Virus record (IMG/VR): IMGVR_UViG_3300032312_000346
Coordinates: 1 to 49,335 of that record
Origin: a virus
Taxonomy: Duplodnaviria > Caudoviricetes
DNA: 49,335 nt
Strand: one strand, 5' to 3'
The notes under the pieces were generated by a model. That model saw nothing but the letters and a program-made list of their open reading frames with translations. It did not search any database and was not told the DNA's origin. Made by a program: the position numbers and the translations under genes. Positions 1-7,915 of the stretch are shown one piece after another (position 1 is the first letter of the stretch; the number at the start of each line of letters is the position of its first letter).

Positions 1-948
1 AGTGGCTATGATTTTATCTACATCAACGTGCCACTCAAGGACATCCCCGACATCGCGCTATCAATGCCCGACCACCAAGCAAAGGTAACACGCGCATTCA
101 TCAATGAGATATGGCTAGGCACAGACTCGACTAAACCTAAAGTCATCATGCTTGATGAGGTGTTCAAGGGCACGGACTTTGTGAAGCTGATGATGAACCG
201 CCTACTACTTGAGCAGATGGTTGGTGACTACAAGTTGCCCGAGGGTAGTATCGTGTTCGGCACGACTAACTTTGCGACCGATGGTGTGGGTGACAGAACC
301 AATGCACACAGCAACAGCCGAGTGGTACGTGTACCAATGCGTAAGCCATACCAAGATGAGTGGCAAGCATGGGCGATTGATAGCAACGTGCATCCGCTTG
401 TGACGACGTGGGCTAAACAGAATCCAGCTATCTTTAGTTCGTATAAGGACACCGAGTTCGATGCTAGAGCGCATAAGGATGGGCAAGGTATATTTCATTA
501 TATATTCCACCCACAGCACAACAGTCAGCAGTACGTGTGCCCACGTACACTGGAGCTAGCTAGCCATCAAATCTATAACATGGATACGACAGGCGAAGCA
601 CTGATGACTAAGGCATTGATTGGTACTGTGGGTATGAAAGCCGCATTGGATATGAGCGCCATGTTTGCGTTGGGCGGTGACCTACCCACACTGGATGACA
701 TTGTGCAACAGCCCGAGAATGCGCGAGTACCAAGAAGCGCACCAGCACAGTTGATGCTAGTGTTCAAGTCGTTACAGTATCTTAAAGCTGGCAATGTAGA
801 CGCGTTTGCTACGTACTTCTTCCGATTACCCAAGGAAGTCACAAGCACGTGGATTAAAACCATAATAGCTACGGACAAGATAAAAGCTATCGCGCTACAC
901 AACCAACAGATTAAATCGTTTGCGATTAGCAACGCGTGGATTTTGTAG
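1..948 (+). CDS. MoxR/AAA_5-like AAA+ ATPase (5' truncated)
   Basis: Frame is open from base 1; Walker B VIMLDE, sensor I GTTN and SNSR, PRT motif; Walker A lies outside the window; vWA-type gene downstream. Confidence 0.75.
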   Translation, partial: SGYDFIYINVPLKDIPDIALSMPDHQAKVTRAFINEIWLGTDSTKPKVIMLDEVFKGTDFVKLMMNRLLLEQMVGDYKLPEGSIVFGTTNFATDGVGDRTNAHSNSRVVRVPMRKPYQDEWQAWAIDSNVHPLVTTWAKQNPAIFSSYKDTEFDARAHKDGQGIFHYIFHPQHNSQQYVCPRTLELASHQIYNMDTTGEALMTKALIGTVGMKAALDMSAMFALGGDLPTLDDIVQQPENARVPRSAPAQLMLVFKSLQYLKAGNVDAFATYFFRLPKEVTSTWIKTIIATDKIKAIALHNQQIKSFAISNAWIL

Positions 949-949
949 T

Positions 950-1162
950 ATGAAAAAAATGATGATTCCATTTCTAATTGAGTGGCTGGTCAAGTATGGC
1001 ACCGACCCTGTGGACACAAACAATATGGATACGTATCCGTTGACTATGCTAATCAAAGCAACGAGATTAGGGTACATAGCAGACGTACAGAGTAATGGAC
1101 ATCGAGCACTAATGAAGATAACCAAAGAAGGTATAAGATATTTACAGGAGAATCAGAAATGA
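950..1162 (+). CDS. hypothetical protein
   Basis: ATG at 950 just after the ATPase stop; ATGA overlap with next ORF. Confidence 0.6.
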   Translation: MKKMMIPFLIEWLVKYGTDPVDTNNMDTYPLTMLIKATRLGYIADVQSNGHRALMKITKEGIRYLQENQK

Positions 1163-1296
1163 ACAACGACGAAGTAGTAAAAGTGCTAAACGAATTGACA
1201 GATATATTAGATATGTCTGATGAGTATACGTACAAGGAACTGTACGAGCAAGCTAGAACATACATATTTAATAAACTAATGGAGAATCAAAAATGA
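1159..1296 (+). CDS. small hypothetical protein (45 aa, MNNDEVV...MENQK)
   Basis: Hand translated; GGAG RBS; ATGA overlaps at both ends. Confidence 0.65.
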   Translation: MNNDEVVKVLNELTDILDMSDEYTYKELYEQARTYIFNKLMENQK

Positions 1297-2138
1297 GTAC
1301 ATTGAATGCGGCGATTGTAGAGTTAAACGTATCAACATGGACAGCGCGTAAGCTGGACAAGAATGCGTCTAAAGAAGTTAAGGTGAGTAAAGGTGCGTAC
1401 AGTGATGATGCGGCACGTGTTAACAAGAACCTATTGGCTGGTATGAATAACCTCAAGAGAGTGACTGACTTTGTAGCACTAACACGCAATGAGTTCTATC
1501 GCTTGACCTTACCTTGGTCTGATAGTGGGCAACGCTTGGTACCTATGATGCAGTTCTTTGAGTTGAAGAAGTGGGTCAATGACAGTGAGGCTACGTTCAA
1601 TCAGCTAGTGTCAGAGTTCTTGCGTGACTACCCGACATTGATTAGTGCGCAAGCCTTCCAACTAGGTGCATTGTTTGACCGCAATGAGTTCCCCGATGTT
1701 GCAGATATTGCTACTAAGTTTAGGTTCAAGGTGGGGTTCCTACCACTACCAAGCACAGGCGACTTTCGTATTGACGCACCCAATGAGGTGATAGCAGAGA
1801 TGCAAAAAGAATACGAGTCTATGTATGCAGAGCGCATTCAGCAGGTGAACCAAGACTTGTGGACACGCTTGCACGACACGCTTAAACACATGAGCGATAG
1901 GCTAGGCTATGATACTACAGGCAAGGCTAAGATATTTCGTGACAGTATGGTAGAGAATGCTGTAGAATTATGCGACATGCTAAAGAGATTGAATGTATCG
2001 AATGACCCGAAGCTAGAGAAAGCTAGGGCAGGGTTAGAGTCAGCGCTACTTGGTGTTGATGCTGGTGAACTTAGAGCAGACGGTGCACGTGATGAAGTCA
2101 AGCACAAAGTTGATACCGTTATTGCCGATTGGTTTTAG
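1293..2138 (+). CDS. DUF3150-like phage protein
   Basis: 281 aa; WTARKLD and TLPW..G.RL motifs typical of the family found beside phage AAA/vWA pairs. Confidence 0.6.
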   Translation: MSTLNAAIVELNVSTWTARKLDKNASKEVKVSKGAYSDDAARVNKNLLAGMNNLKRVTDFVALTRNEFYRLTLPWSDSGQRLVPMMQFFELKKWVNDSEATFNQLVSEFLRDYPTLISAQAFQLGALFDRNEFPDVADIATKFRFKVGFLPLPSTGDFRIDAPNEVIAEMQKEYESMYAERIQQVNQDLWTRLHDTLKHMSDRLGYDTTGKAKIFRDSMVENAVELCDMLKRLNVSNDPKLEKARAGLESALLGVDAGELRADGARDEVKHKVDTVIADWF

Positions 2139-2147
2139 GAGAATAAT

Positions 2148-3329
2148 ATGAGAGATGATGGATTGAATGCAGAGCAGTTGATTAGCAAAACTAAAGTTGC
2201 TATTATGAACGACAAAGATTGGCAATGGATGGCTGGTATTGTCATGATGGGTACGGTTAGCTTTGTTGATGGTAAGCACAAGGTACAGACAGCGGCTACC
2301 GATGGCTTGAATGAGGTGTACCATCGTGACTTTGTTGAGGGCTTGGTGCTATCAGAGCTTAAGTTTATCGTGCTACATGAGAACTTCCATAAGATGTTTA
2401 GACATCTGTTCATATGGCAGGATTTGTGGAAGGAGAACAAAGACCTAGCTAACATTGCATGTGACGCTGTGATTAACACGCAGTACTTGTACGGCAAGCC
2501 TGGCATATCATTTGTTGAGGGCGGTGTCTACATGCCCGAGTACGCCGATGCTAATGTGTGGAACGTCAAGGCTGTGTATGACGACCTTAAAAAGAATGGT
2601 AAAGCAAAACCTACAAGCGGGCATGACAGCCATGATTGGGAATCAGCTGAACAAGTAACCGAAGAAGATGCCAAGGACATCGAGGTACAGGTAGACAACG
2701 CGTTACGCCAAGCGTCATTGGCTAGCAGTATCGGTGCGAATATGCCACGTAGTATTACACAGATGCTTGTACCCGAGGTTGACTGGAAGTCATTACTTGC
2801 TGAGTTCTTTAAGAGTGCATGTAGTGGCAATGACAAGCAAACATGGCGTAGACCACACAAGACTTACGTAGCATATGATTTGTATATACCAGCGCCATAT
2901 AGCGAGAGCATTGGTCGTGTGTTGATTGCTGGTGATACATCGGGTTCTGTTGATGACCGTATGCTGTCCGTCATCATGGGGTATATGCAACAGTTAGTAG
3001 ACGAGACACAGCCAAGTGGTGTGGACATCGCATGGTGGGGTAGTAAGGTAGTAGGCGTAGATAGTTTTGAGCGCGGTGCTATGGATACACTGGCTAACGT
3101 GGTTAGACCTGTGGGCGGTGGTGGTACGACACCATCATGTATTACTAACTGGATGTATGAGGAGAAAAGAGATGACTACGTATGTGCTGTTGTCATTACC
3201 GATGGTGAATTTTATGGTGATTCTGTCGGGGATTGGGGTGATTTGCCTGTGCTTTGGCTTGTGGTCAATAACAGACCAGTGCCTAACATACCTGTCGGAC
3301 AGACTGTTCAAGTGAGGGATGTATCATAA
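2148..3329 (+). CDS. DUF2201-like HExxH metallopeptidase plus vWA domain protein
   Basis: TAATDG, LHENFH, NIACD; C-terminal MIDAS DTSGS, GGGGT, ITDG. Confidence 0.85.
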   Translation: MRDDGLNAEQLISKTKVAIMNDKDWQWMAGIVMMGTVSFVDGKHKVQTAATDGLNEVYHRDFVEGLVLSELKFIVLHENFHKMFRHLFIWQDLWKENKDLANIACDAVINTQYLYGKPGISFVEGGVYMPEYADANVWNVKAVYDDLKKNGKAKPTSGHDSHDWESAEQVTEEDAKDIEVQVDNALRQASLASSIGANMPRSITQMLVPEVDWKSLLAEFFKSACSGNDKQTWRRPHKTYVAYDLYIPAPYSESIGRVLIAGDTSGSVDDRMLSVIMGYMQQLVDETQPSGVDIAWWGSKVVGVDSFERGAMDTLANVVRPVGGGGTTPSCITNWMYEEKRDDYVCAVVITDGEFYGDSVGDWGDLPVLWLVVNNRPVPNIPVGQTVQVRDVS

Positions 3330-3442
3330 TGAAGGAACGAGTGATGAATGATATTGTAACGGTAGTGATAGCGGCTGTAACTGGGGCGCTAATGTTTGCT
3401 ATGGCGTATGGCATAGCGCAGTTGGTAGCACCTTATATTTAA
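3329..3442 (+). CDS. small membrane protein (37 aa)
   Basis: Hand translated; TAATG coupling; single hydrophobic segment. Confidence 0.5.
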   Translation: MKERVMNDIVTVVIAAVTGALMFAMAYGIAQLVAPYI

Positions 3443-3451
3443 AGGAGAGAG

Positions 3452-3652
3452 ATGATGTTTAATTATATTAGAAAAGCAATTAGTATTTATGGGCATGAGC
3501 TAACGTATATAGACTTGTATGGGATAAAGGTTGACCCTAACCCTAATCGTGCGAGACGAGTGCAGGCAGTGATTGATAGTATGGGTGATAAGTATTTGTT
3601 AGCTAAACCAGTGGAGAGATTAAATGGTACCGTTTCACGAGATAAAAAGTAA
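3452..3652 (+). CDS. hypothetical protein
   Basis: AAGGAG RBS; in operon direction. Confidence 0.65.
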   Translation: MMFNYIRKAISIYGHELTYIDLYGIKVDPNPNRARRVQAVIDSMGDKYLLAKPVERLNGTVSRDKK

Positions 3653-4112
3653 GTCTGTTATAACGCAAGCTGTTATACATACAGCAATGCACCCCGAAGC
3701 ACAATGGCAAAAGTATTTTAACTTTGATGCGACGCGCATTCCTAATGAGGTACTGGCTTATGACCCTGTGCTTGCTGACATCGGCAGTCGACATCCTTTG
3801 ATGGGTGGGGTTGTGATGCTACCGCCGAATACGTTTTATAACTGGCATACCGATACACGTAGGGGTGTAAGTATTAACATGGTGTTGAATCCTTATGATG
3901 GTGTTAGCCATTGTGTGTTTACCCCTGATAAAGATGTTGCAGTAGGTGAGTTTATTGAGTTACAATACCAACCCGACACGTATTATCTGTTTAATACACA
4001 GGTTAATCATATGGTACTTAACTTTGACAAGCCTAGGTTATTACTGACCGTTGAGTTCGGTGAGGATAAAGATGCATTAAGTTATGATGATTTATTATTG
4101 GAAATATTATGA
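3624..4112 (+). CDS. cupin / 2OG-Fe(II) oxygenase-like protein
   Basis: WHTD (HxD), distal FNTQVNH and PRLLL motifs of a double-stranded beta-helix oxygenase. Confidence 0.6.
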   Translation: MVPFHEIKSKSVITQAVIHTAMHPEAQWQKYFNFDATRIPNEVLAYDPVLADIGSRHPLMGGVVMLPPNTFYNWHTDTRRGVSINMVLNPYDGVSHCVFTPDKDVAVGEFIELQYQPDTYYLFNTQVNHMVLNFDKPRLLLTVEFGEDKDALSYDDLLLEIL

Positions 4113-4531
4113 GCGTAAAAGACAGACAATCAATTGAAGTAGAAGCAAACCAAGAAGCCGCGTACCTATACATCAAAGAACGTGCTGATGTAACAGGTAA
4201 AGAATGTGTTGAAGCATTAGAGTTCTTTGAGAAGGGTAAGAAGTACTTGCGGTGGTTAACGACACACGGACACCTTAGATGCCATAAGAAAGTAATTGAT
4301 GGTAAAAAGCAATGTGTTTACAACGCCGCGCTACCGTATGTAAGACGTGTCCACGAGACACCAGTTGAACCAGTTGAAGTTTCTACACCGCAACAGATAC
4401 TGATAAAGAATGCTACTACAACCTACAGGTTGTTAGACAAGCCTAGACCACCTGCGCACAAGTCAGAACGCCCACAGCGCAGAACGCAAGTAAGTATAAG
4501 CAGTGGGCTAACAATGTTTGATAGTTATTAA
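4109..4531 (+). CDS. hypothetical protein, possible winged-helix N-terminus
   Basis: ATGA overlap; 140 aa. Confidence 0.6.
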   Translation: MSVKDRQSIEVEANQEAAYLYIKERADVTGKECVEALEFFEKGKKYLRWLTTHGHLRCHKKVIDGKKQCVYNAALPYVRRVHETPVEPVEVSTPQQILIKNATTTYRLLDKPRPPAHKSERPQRRTQVSISSGLTMFDSY

Positions 4532-4545
4532 TAACGGAGATAAAA

Positions 4546-4791
4546 ATGAGTGACGGAATGACGGATATGTTTTATGAAGAAGAGAATGCATTGACCAAGC
4601 AGGTGGGTGGCAATCACTACACCGATATGGTAGTTCAGCCTGTAGAGTTTATTGTGGCTAACAATCTTGGGTTCTTGGAAGGAAACATAATTAAATATGT
4701 TTGTAGGCATCAATCTAAACAAGGTGCAGAAGATATCAAAAAAGCAATACATTACTGCGAATTGTTATTACATACTAAATACGGTGACTGA
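4546..4791 (+). CDS. DUF3310 (SaV / T7 gp1.7-like) protein
   Basis: VGGNHY...F.EGNIIKYVCR..K.G.EDI.KA..Y signature. Confidence 0.85.
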   Translation: MSDGMTDMFYEEENALTKQVGGNHYTDMVVQPVEFIVANNLGFLEGNIIKYVCRHQSKQGAEDIKKAIHYCELLLHTKYGD

Positions 4792-4792
4792 T

Positions 4793-5308
4793 ATGAAAAG
4801 ATGCGGTGGTTGTAAAGTGTACAAAGAAGTAACTGAATTTTATAAGAGCAAACACACAAAAGATGGGCTAAATCACTGTTGTAAAGTTTGTTCGTATCAG
4901 CGAAAACTAAAGTCATTGAGTATAGGTGACAGATTAGAAAGGAAATCAGCACAATATAAAGAATGGTATCAAGCTAATCGAGAGGTTCTTTTACAGAAAA
5001 AAAGAGAGAAACGTAAAGACCCCATCGAAAAAGAAAAGAATAAGCAACATGGTATAAATAGACGTGCTCGAATGGGAGAAGAAAAGTACGCAGAATGGCG
5101 TAAACAATTAAGAGTAAAGTATCGAGATAATATAAAAGCGTATAACAAGATGCGAATGGATAAATTTTTTGATGCGGAAGTTATCGCAGAGATTAGAAGT
5201 AATGCTAAGTATACTAAACTATCAAAGGAACAGATACCTAAAGAGATGATTGATGTTTATAGAATGATTAGATTTATAAATAGGAAAGTTAAACATGAAA
5301 CCGTGTAA
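4793..5308 (+). CDS. basic CxxC...CxxC zinc-finger protein, paralog 1
   Basis: Likely start ATG 4793 (MKRCGGC...CKVC); Lys/Arg-rich helix; no HNH motif seen. Confidence 0.65.
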   Translation: MKRCGGCKVYKEVTEFYKSKHTKDGLNHCCKVCSYQRKLKSLSIGDRLERKSAQYKEWYQANREVLLQKKREKRKDPIEKEKNKQHGINRRARMGEEKYAEWRKQLRVKYRDNIKAYNKMRMDKFFDAEVIAEIRSNAKYTKLSKEQIPKEMIDVYRMIRFINRKVKHETV

Positions 5309-5879
5309 GAAGTGTGGAGAAACTAAAGCGTTTGATATGTTTAGTTTTTCAGGGTATAAAGACAAGCTACGTTCTTGGTGCAAAGAATGTTACAGCGTTT
5401 ATGGGTACGAGTACAGAAAGAAAAACGCGGATAAACTTAAAGAATATTATCGCCAATTATGTAGTACCGAAGAATATAAACTCAAAAATAGAGTAAAAGT
5501 AAAACAATGGAAAGCAGCTAATCCCGATAAAGTAAATGCAGGGCATGCTAAATACAGGGAAAAAAACAAAGACGCTATCAATTTAAGGCACAGGGAAAGA
5601 AGCAGTCGGTTATTTGCTGAGAACCCAAATTATTATAAAGAAAGAAACAAGAAACAGGAGCAATCTAATCCTAATTATTATTCAGAATATAAGAAAAAGT
5701 ATGACTCGTGGCATAAGCAAAATATATCTGACCAGTATATACGATTTATTTTTAACAAACTCATACCGAAAGGAGCAAAACTTACTAACATACCACAAGC
5801 ACTAATAGAAGCAAAACGATTACAAATTTTAATTAAACGGAGAGTGGAAAATGAAAAATGTAACAACACTACGCAATGA
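5295..5879 (+). CDS. basic CxxC...CxxC zinc-finger protein, paralog 2
   Basis: MKPCKKC...WCKEC; same architecture and C-terminal motif as upstream ORF. Confidence 0.7.
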   Translation: MKPCKKCGETKAFDMFSFSGYKDKLRSWCKECYSVYGYEYRKKNADKLKEYYRQLCSTEEYKLKNRVKVKQWKAANPDKVNAGHAKYREKNKDAINLRHRERSSRLFAENPNYYKERNKKQEQSNPNYYSEYKKKYDSWHKQNISDQYIRFIFNKLIPKGAKLTNIPQALIEAKRLQILIKRRVENEKCNNTTQ

Positions 5880-6045
5880 ATTAGCAGATGTATTTGACCA
5901 ACTTATGACAGGTCAGATTAAACCTAAAGAAGCAGGTGAGCTTGCCAACGTAGCAGGTAAGATGATTAACAGCGCGAAGGTTCAGCTTGAGTACTACGCC
6001 TTGCGTAAAGAAACACCTACGATTGATTTTCTAAAGGGCGAATAA
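5851..6045 (+). CDS. conserved small phage protein (INSAKV motif)
   Basis: GGAG RBS; LRNEL...A.K.INSAKVQL pattern. Confidence 0.7.
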   Translation: MKNVTTLRNELADVFDQLMTGQIKPKEAGELANVAGKMINSAKVQLEYYALRKETPTIDFLKGE

Positions 6046-6046
6046 G

Positions 6047-6181
6047 GTGTGGGTACTTCTCGACGATGAAGGCGAAGCCGTTAGGTATTTTAATTATGCT
6101 CACGAAGGTGCAGTTGAAATCGTCGAGAAGAAATTAACGATGGACGAAATGTTTGAACAACTAGGAGAAGCATTATTGTGA
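6047..6181 (+). CDS. small hypothetical protein (44 aa)
   Basis: Hand translated from GTG; fills the gap and overlaps next start (GTGA). Confidence 0.5.
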   Translation: MWVLLDDEGEAVRYFNYAHEGAVEIVEKKLTMDEMFEQLGEALL

Positions 6182-6396
6182 AAACTATAATACACGTTAA
6201 CCAACACGTGGTCAAAGCTAACGCAAAAACAGGGGAAAGAAACCCTGTACTAACTGTAAAGACGTACAAGACCAATACTTATGCAAACAAAGTAGAGATT
6301 AAGGGTGATAGTATAATTGTATATAGTCCCGACAAACCACTAAGTTGTGGTGCTAAAGTATGGATTGAAACTAACGGAGAGGTAACAACAGAATGA
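6178..6396 (+). CDS. conserved aquatic-phage hypothetical protein
   Basis: IHVNQH...PVLTVK...KPLSCGAKVWIET pattern; GGAG RBS. Confidence 0.7.
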   Translation: MKTIIHVNQHVVKANAKTGERNPVLTVKTYKTNTYANKVEIKGDSIIVYSPDKPLSCGAKVWIETNGEVTTE

Positions 6397-6566
6397 CAGA
6401 AGAACAAATTGAAACAGCATTAACAGCTATGCACAAGGGGCTAATCAATATGCAGGCAAGGCTTGATGACCACGAGAAGGTACTTGAGAAGCTGATGTTA
6501 GTAATGCAGGACTTAACCGCAGGGCAAGTGCCTAATGGATTCAGACAACCAAAGAAGGAGCATTAA
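6393..6566 (+). CDS. small coiled-coil protein (57 aa)
   Basis: Hand translated; GGAGAGG RBS; ATGA overlap. Confidence 0.6.
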   Translation: MTEEQIETALTAMHKGLINMQARLDDHEKVLEKLMLVMQDLTAGQVPNGFRQPKKEH

Positions 6567-6743
6567 ATGAAAGTCAAACGAACATTACCTAAGTGGGTAT
6601 GGTGGACTAAAGGTGAGTGTGTGGTTGAAGTGCTTAGGACAGGGCACTACCCAACGTCTATCATAGGTAAGTTACCTAATGACAAAGAAACAGAGATAGA
6701 CATTGATGAACTTGACTTGCATGTTAAAGGGGTAGAGGTATGA
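6567..6743 (+). CDS. small hypothetical protein (58 aa)
   Basis: Hand translated; AAGGAG RBS; abuts both neighbours. Confidence 0.6.
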   Translation: MKVKRTLPKWVWWTKGECVVEVLRTGHYPTSIIGKLPNDKETEIDIDELDLHVKGVEV

Positions 6744-6970
6744 CTTGGAATTATCGAGTTGTTAGATTTACAGATGAAGATGAATACTATGAAATCAAAG
6801 AAGTATTCTACGATGCCGACAATAAACCTGTGGGTTACAGCGATGCTATGTGCGGTAGTGATACGTACGAAGGGCTGTTTAAGTGTATGAGTTTGATGCA
6901 ATCAGCTCATGCTAAACCTGTATTAAACGAGGAAGAAATTAATGGCAATCACTCCCGAAAAGAAAGTTAA
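6740..6970 (+). CDS. conserved phage hypothetical protein
   Basis: MTWNYRVV...YEIKEVFYD pattern. Confidence 0.7.
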   Translation: MTWNYRVVRFTDEDEYYEIKEVFYDADNKPVGYSDAMCGSDTYEGLFKCMSLMQSAHAKPVLNEEEINGNHSRKES

Positions 6971-7238
6971 AAATGAAGTTACGAAAATTCTTAAAGAATA
7001 CAACGCATACTATTTTTTTCCTGCAACTGGTGGCTACGGGCGTAGTGGTGTCCCTGACATTGTTGCTTGTCTACGCGGCTATTTCATTGGTATAGAATGT
7101 AAGGCTGGTAGCAACACAACCACCGCACTGCAAAACCGCGAGTTAGCTAGCATTGAGTTAGCAGGTGGACGTGCTATAATTATAAACGAATCAAACATTA
7201 ACGACGTTAGAAAGGTACTAGATGCAATTAGTAATTGA
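6942..7238 (+). CDS. VRR-NUC domain nuclease / Holliday junction resolvase-like
   Basis: TPEKKVK, GVPDI, IECKAG, T.LQ motifs. Confidence 0.85.
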   Translation: MAITPEKKVKNEVTKILKEYNAYYFFPATGGYGRSGVPDIVACLRGYFIGIECKAGSNTTTALQNRELASIELAGGRAIIINESNINDVRKVLDAISN

Positions 7239-7335
7239 ATATATACTTTGTTATAGCACTGCATTCGGCTTAGGCTTAATCGCAGGAGTAGGGATAGTTT
7301 ATTTTATTCAAAAGGAACTGTATGGCGAGTCATGA
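7222..7335 (+). CDS. small membrane protein (37 aa)
   Basis: Hand translated; AAGG upstream; hydrophobic segment. Confidence 0.4.
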   Translation: MQLVIEYILCYSTAFGLGLIAGVGIVYFIQKELYGES

Positions 7336-7483
7336 CGAAACGTTATGTAACATATGTGGTAAGAGTTTGGCTGACACTAAAGAGTGTGCATGGACAAGTT
7401 GTCCACTCATTTGGAATGAACGCCGACTTGATACCATAGGGCAAAACGGTAACACAGGTGAACACTATGAGGAAGAAAAGTAA
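7322..7483 (+). CDS. small Cys4 protein (53 aa)
   Basis: Hand translated MASHDETLCNICG...ECAWTSCP...IGQNGNTGEHYEEEK; AAGGA RBS; TAATG coupling. Confidence 0.6.
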   Translation: MASHDETLCNICGKSLADTKECAWTSCPLIWNERRLDTIGQNGNTGEHYEEEK

Positions 7484-7680
7484 TGGCAGATGACGCAGAT
7501 TTGGCTCAAATTAATTCAGAGCTAGACGAAATACTTCGTCGCAAGTATAATAAAAAACCGACGCTTGAAGCAGAGGCAACAGGTGAATGCTTGAATTGTT
7601 TTGAGCCGATAGCAGAAGCAGGTAAGCGCTGGTGTGACATTCACTGCCATCACGACTGGGATTTACGAAGGAGGAGATAG
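7483..7680 (+). CDS. TraR/DksA-like C4 zinc-finger protein
   Basis: N-terminal MADDADLA (DxxDxA) plus CLNC...WCDIHC. Confidence 0.7.
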   Translation: MADDADLAQINSELDEILRRKYNKKPTLEAEATGECLNCFEPIAEAGKRWCDIHCHHDWDLRRRR

Positions 7681-7905
7681 ATGTATAGTAAAGTAGTGTA
7701 TAGAATTAGTGACCGTAAATTCAAAGTTGAAAGCACTGATTCTATAGGGAACATGAGTAAGCCTACTTATTACAAGAGTTTAAATGCAATGCCAACAGAT
7801 GTAGGCGATAAAGTAAAACAATTAATGTGGACAAGCCCTGACGACCAAACCAATACAGAAGATGTTGGAGTTCGAATAGGTGATAATATATTTTGGATAA
7901 TATAA
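7681..7905 (+). CDS. hypothetical protein
   Basis: AGGAGG RBS. Confidence 0.6.
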   Translation: MYSKVVYRISDRKFKVESTDSIGNMSKPTYYKSLNAMPTDVGDKVKQLMWTSPDDQTNTEDVGVRIGDNIFWII

Positions 7906-7915
7906 CGAGAGCAGA

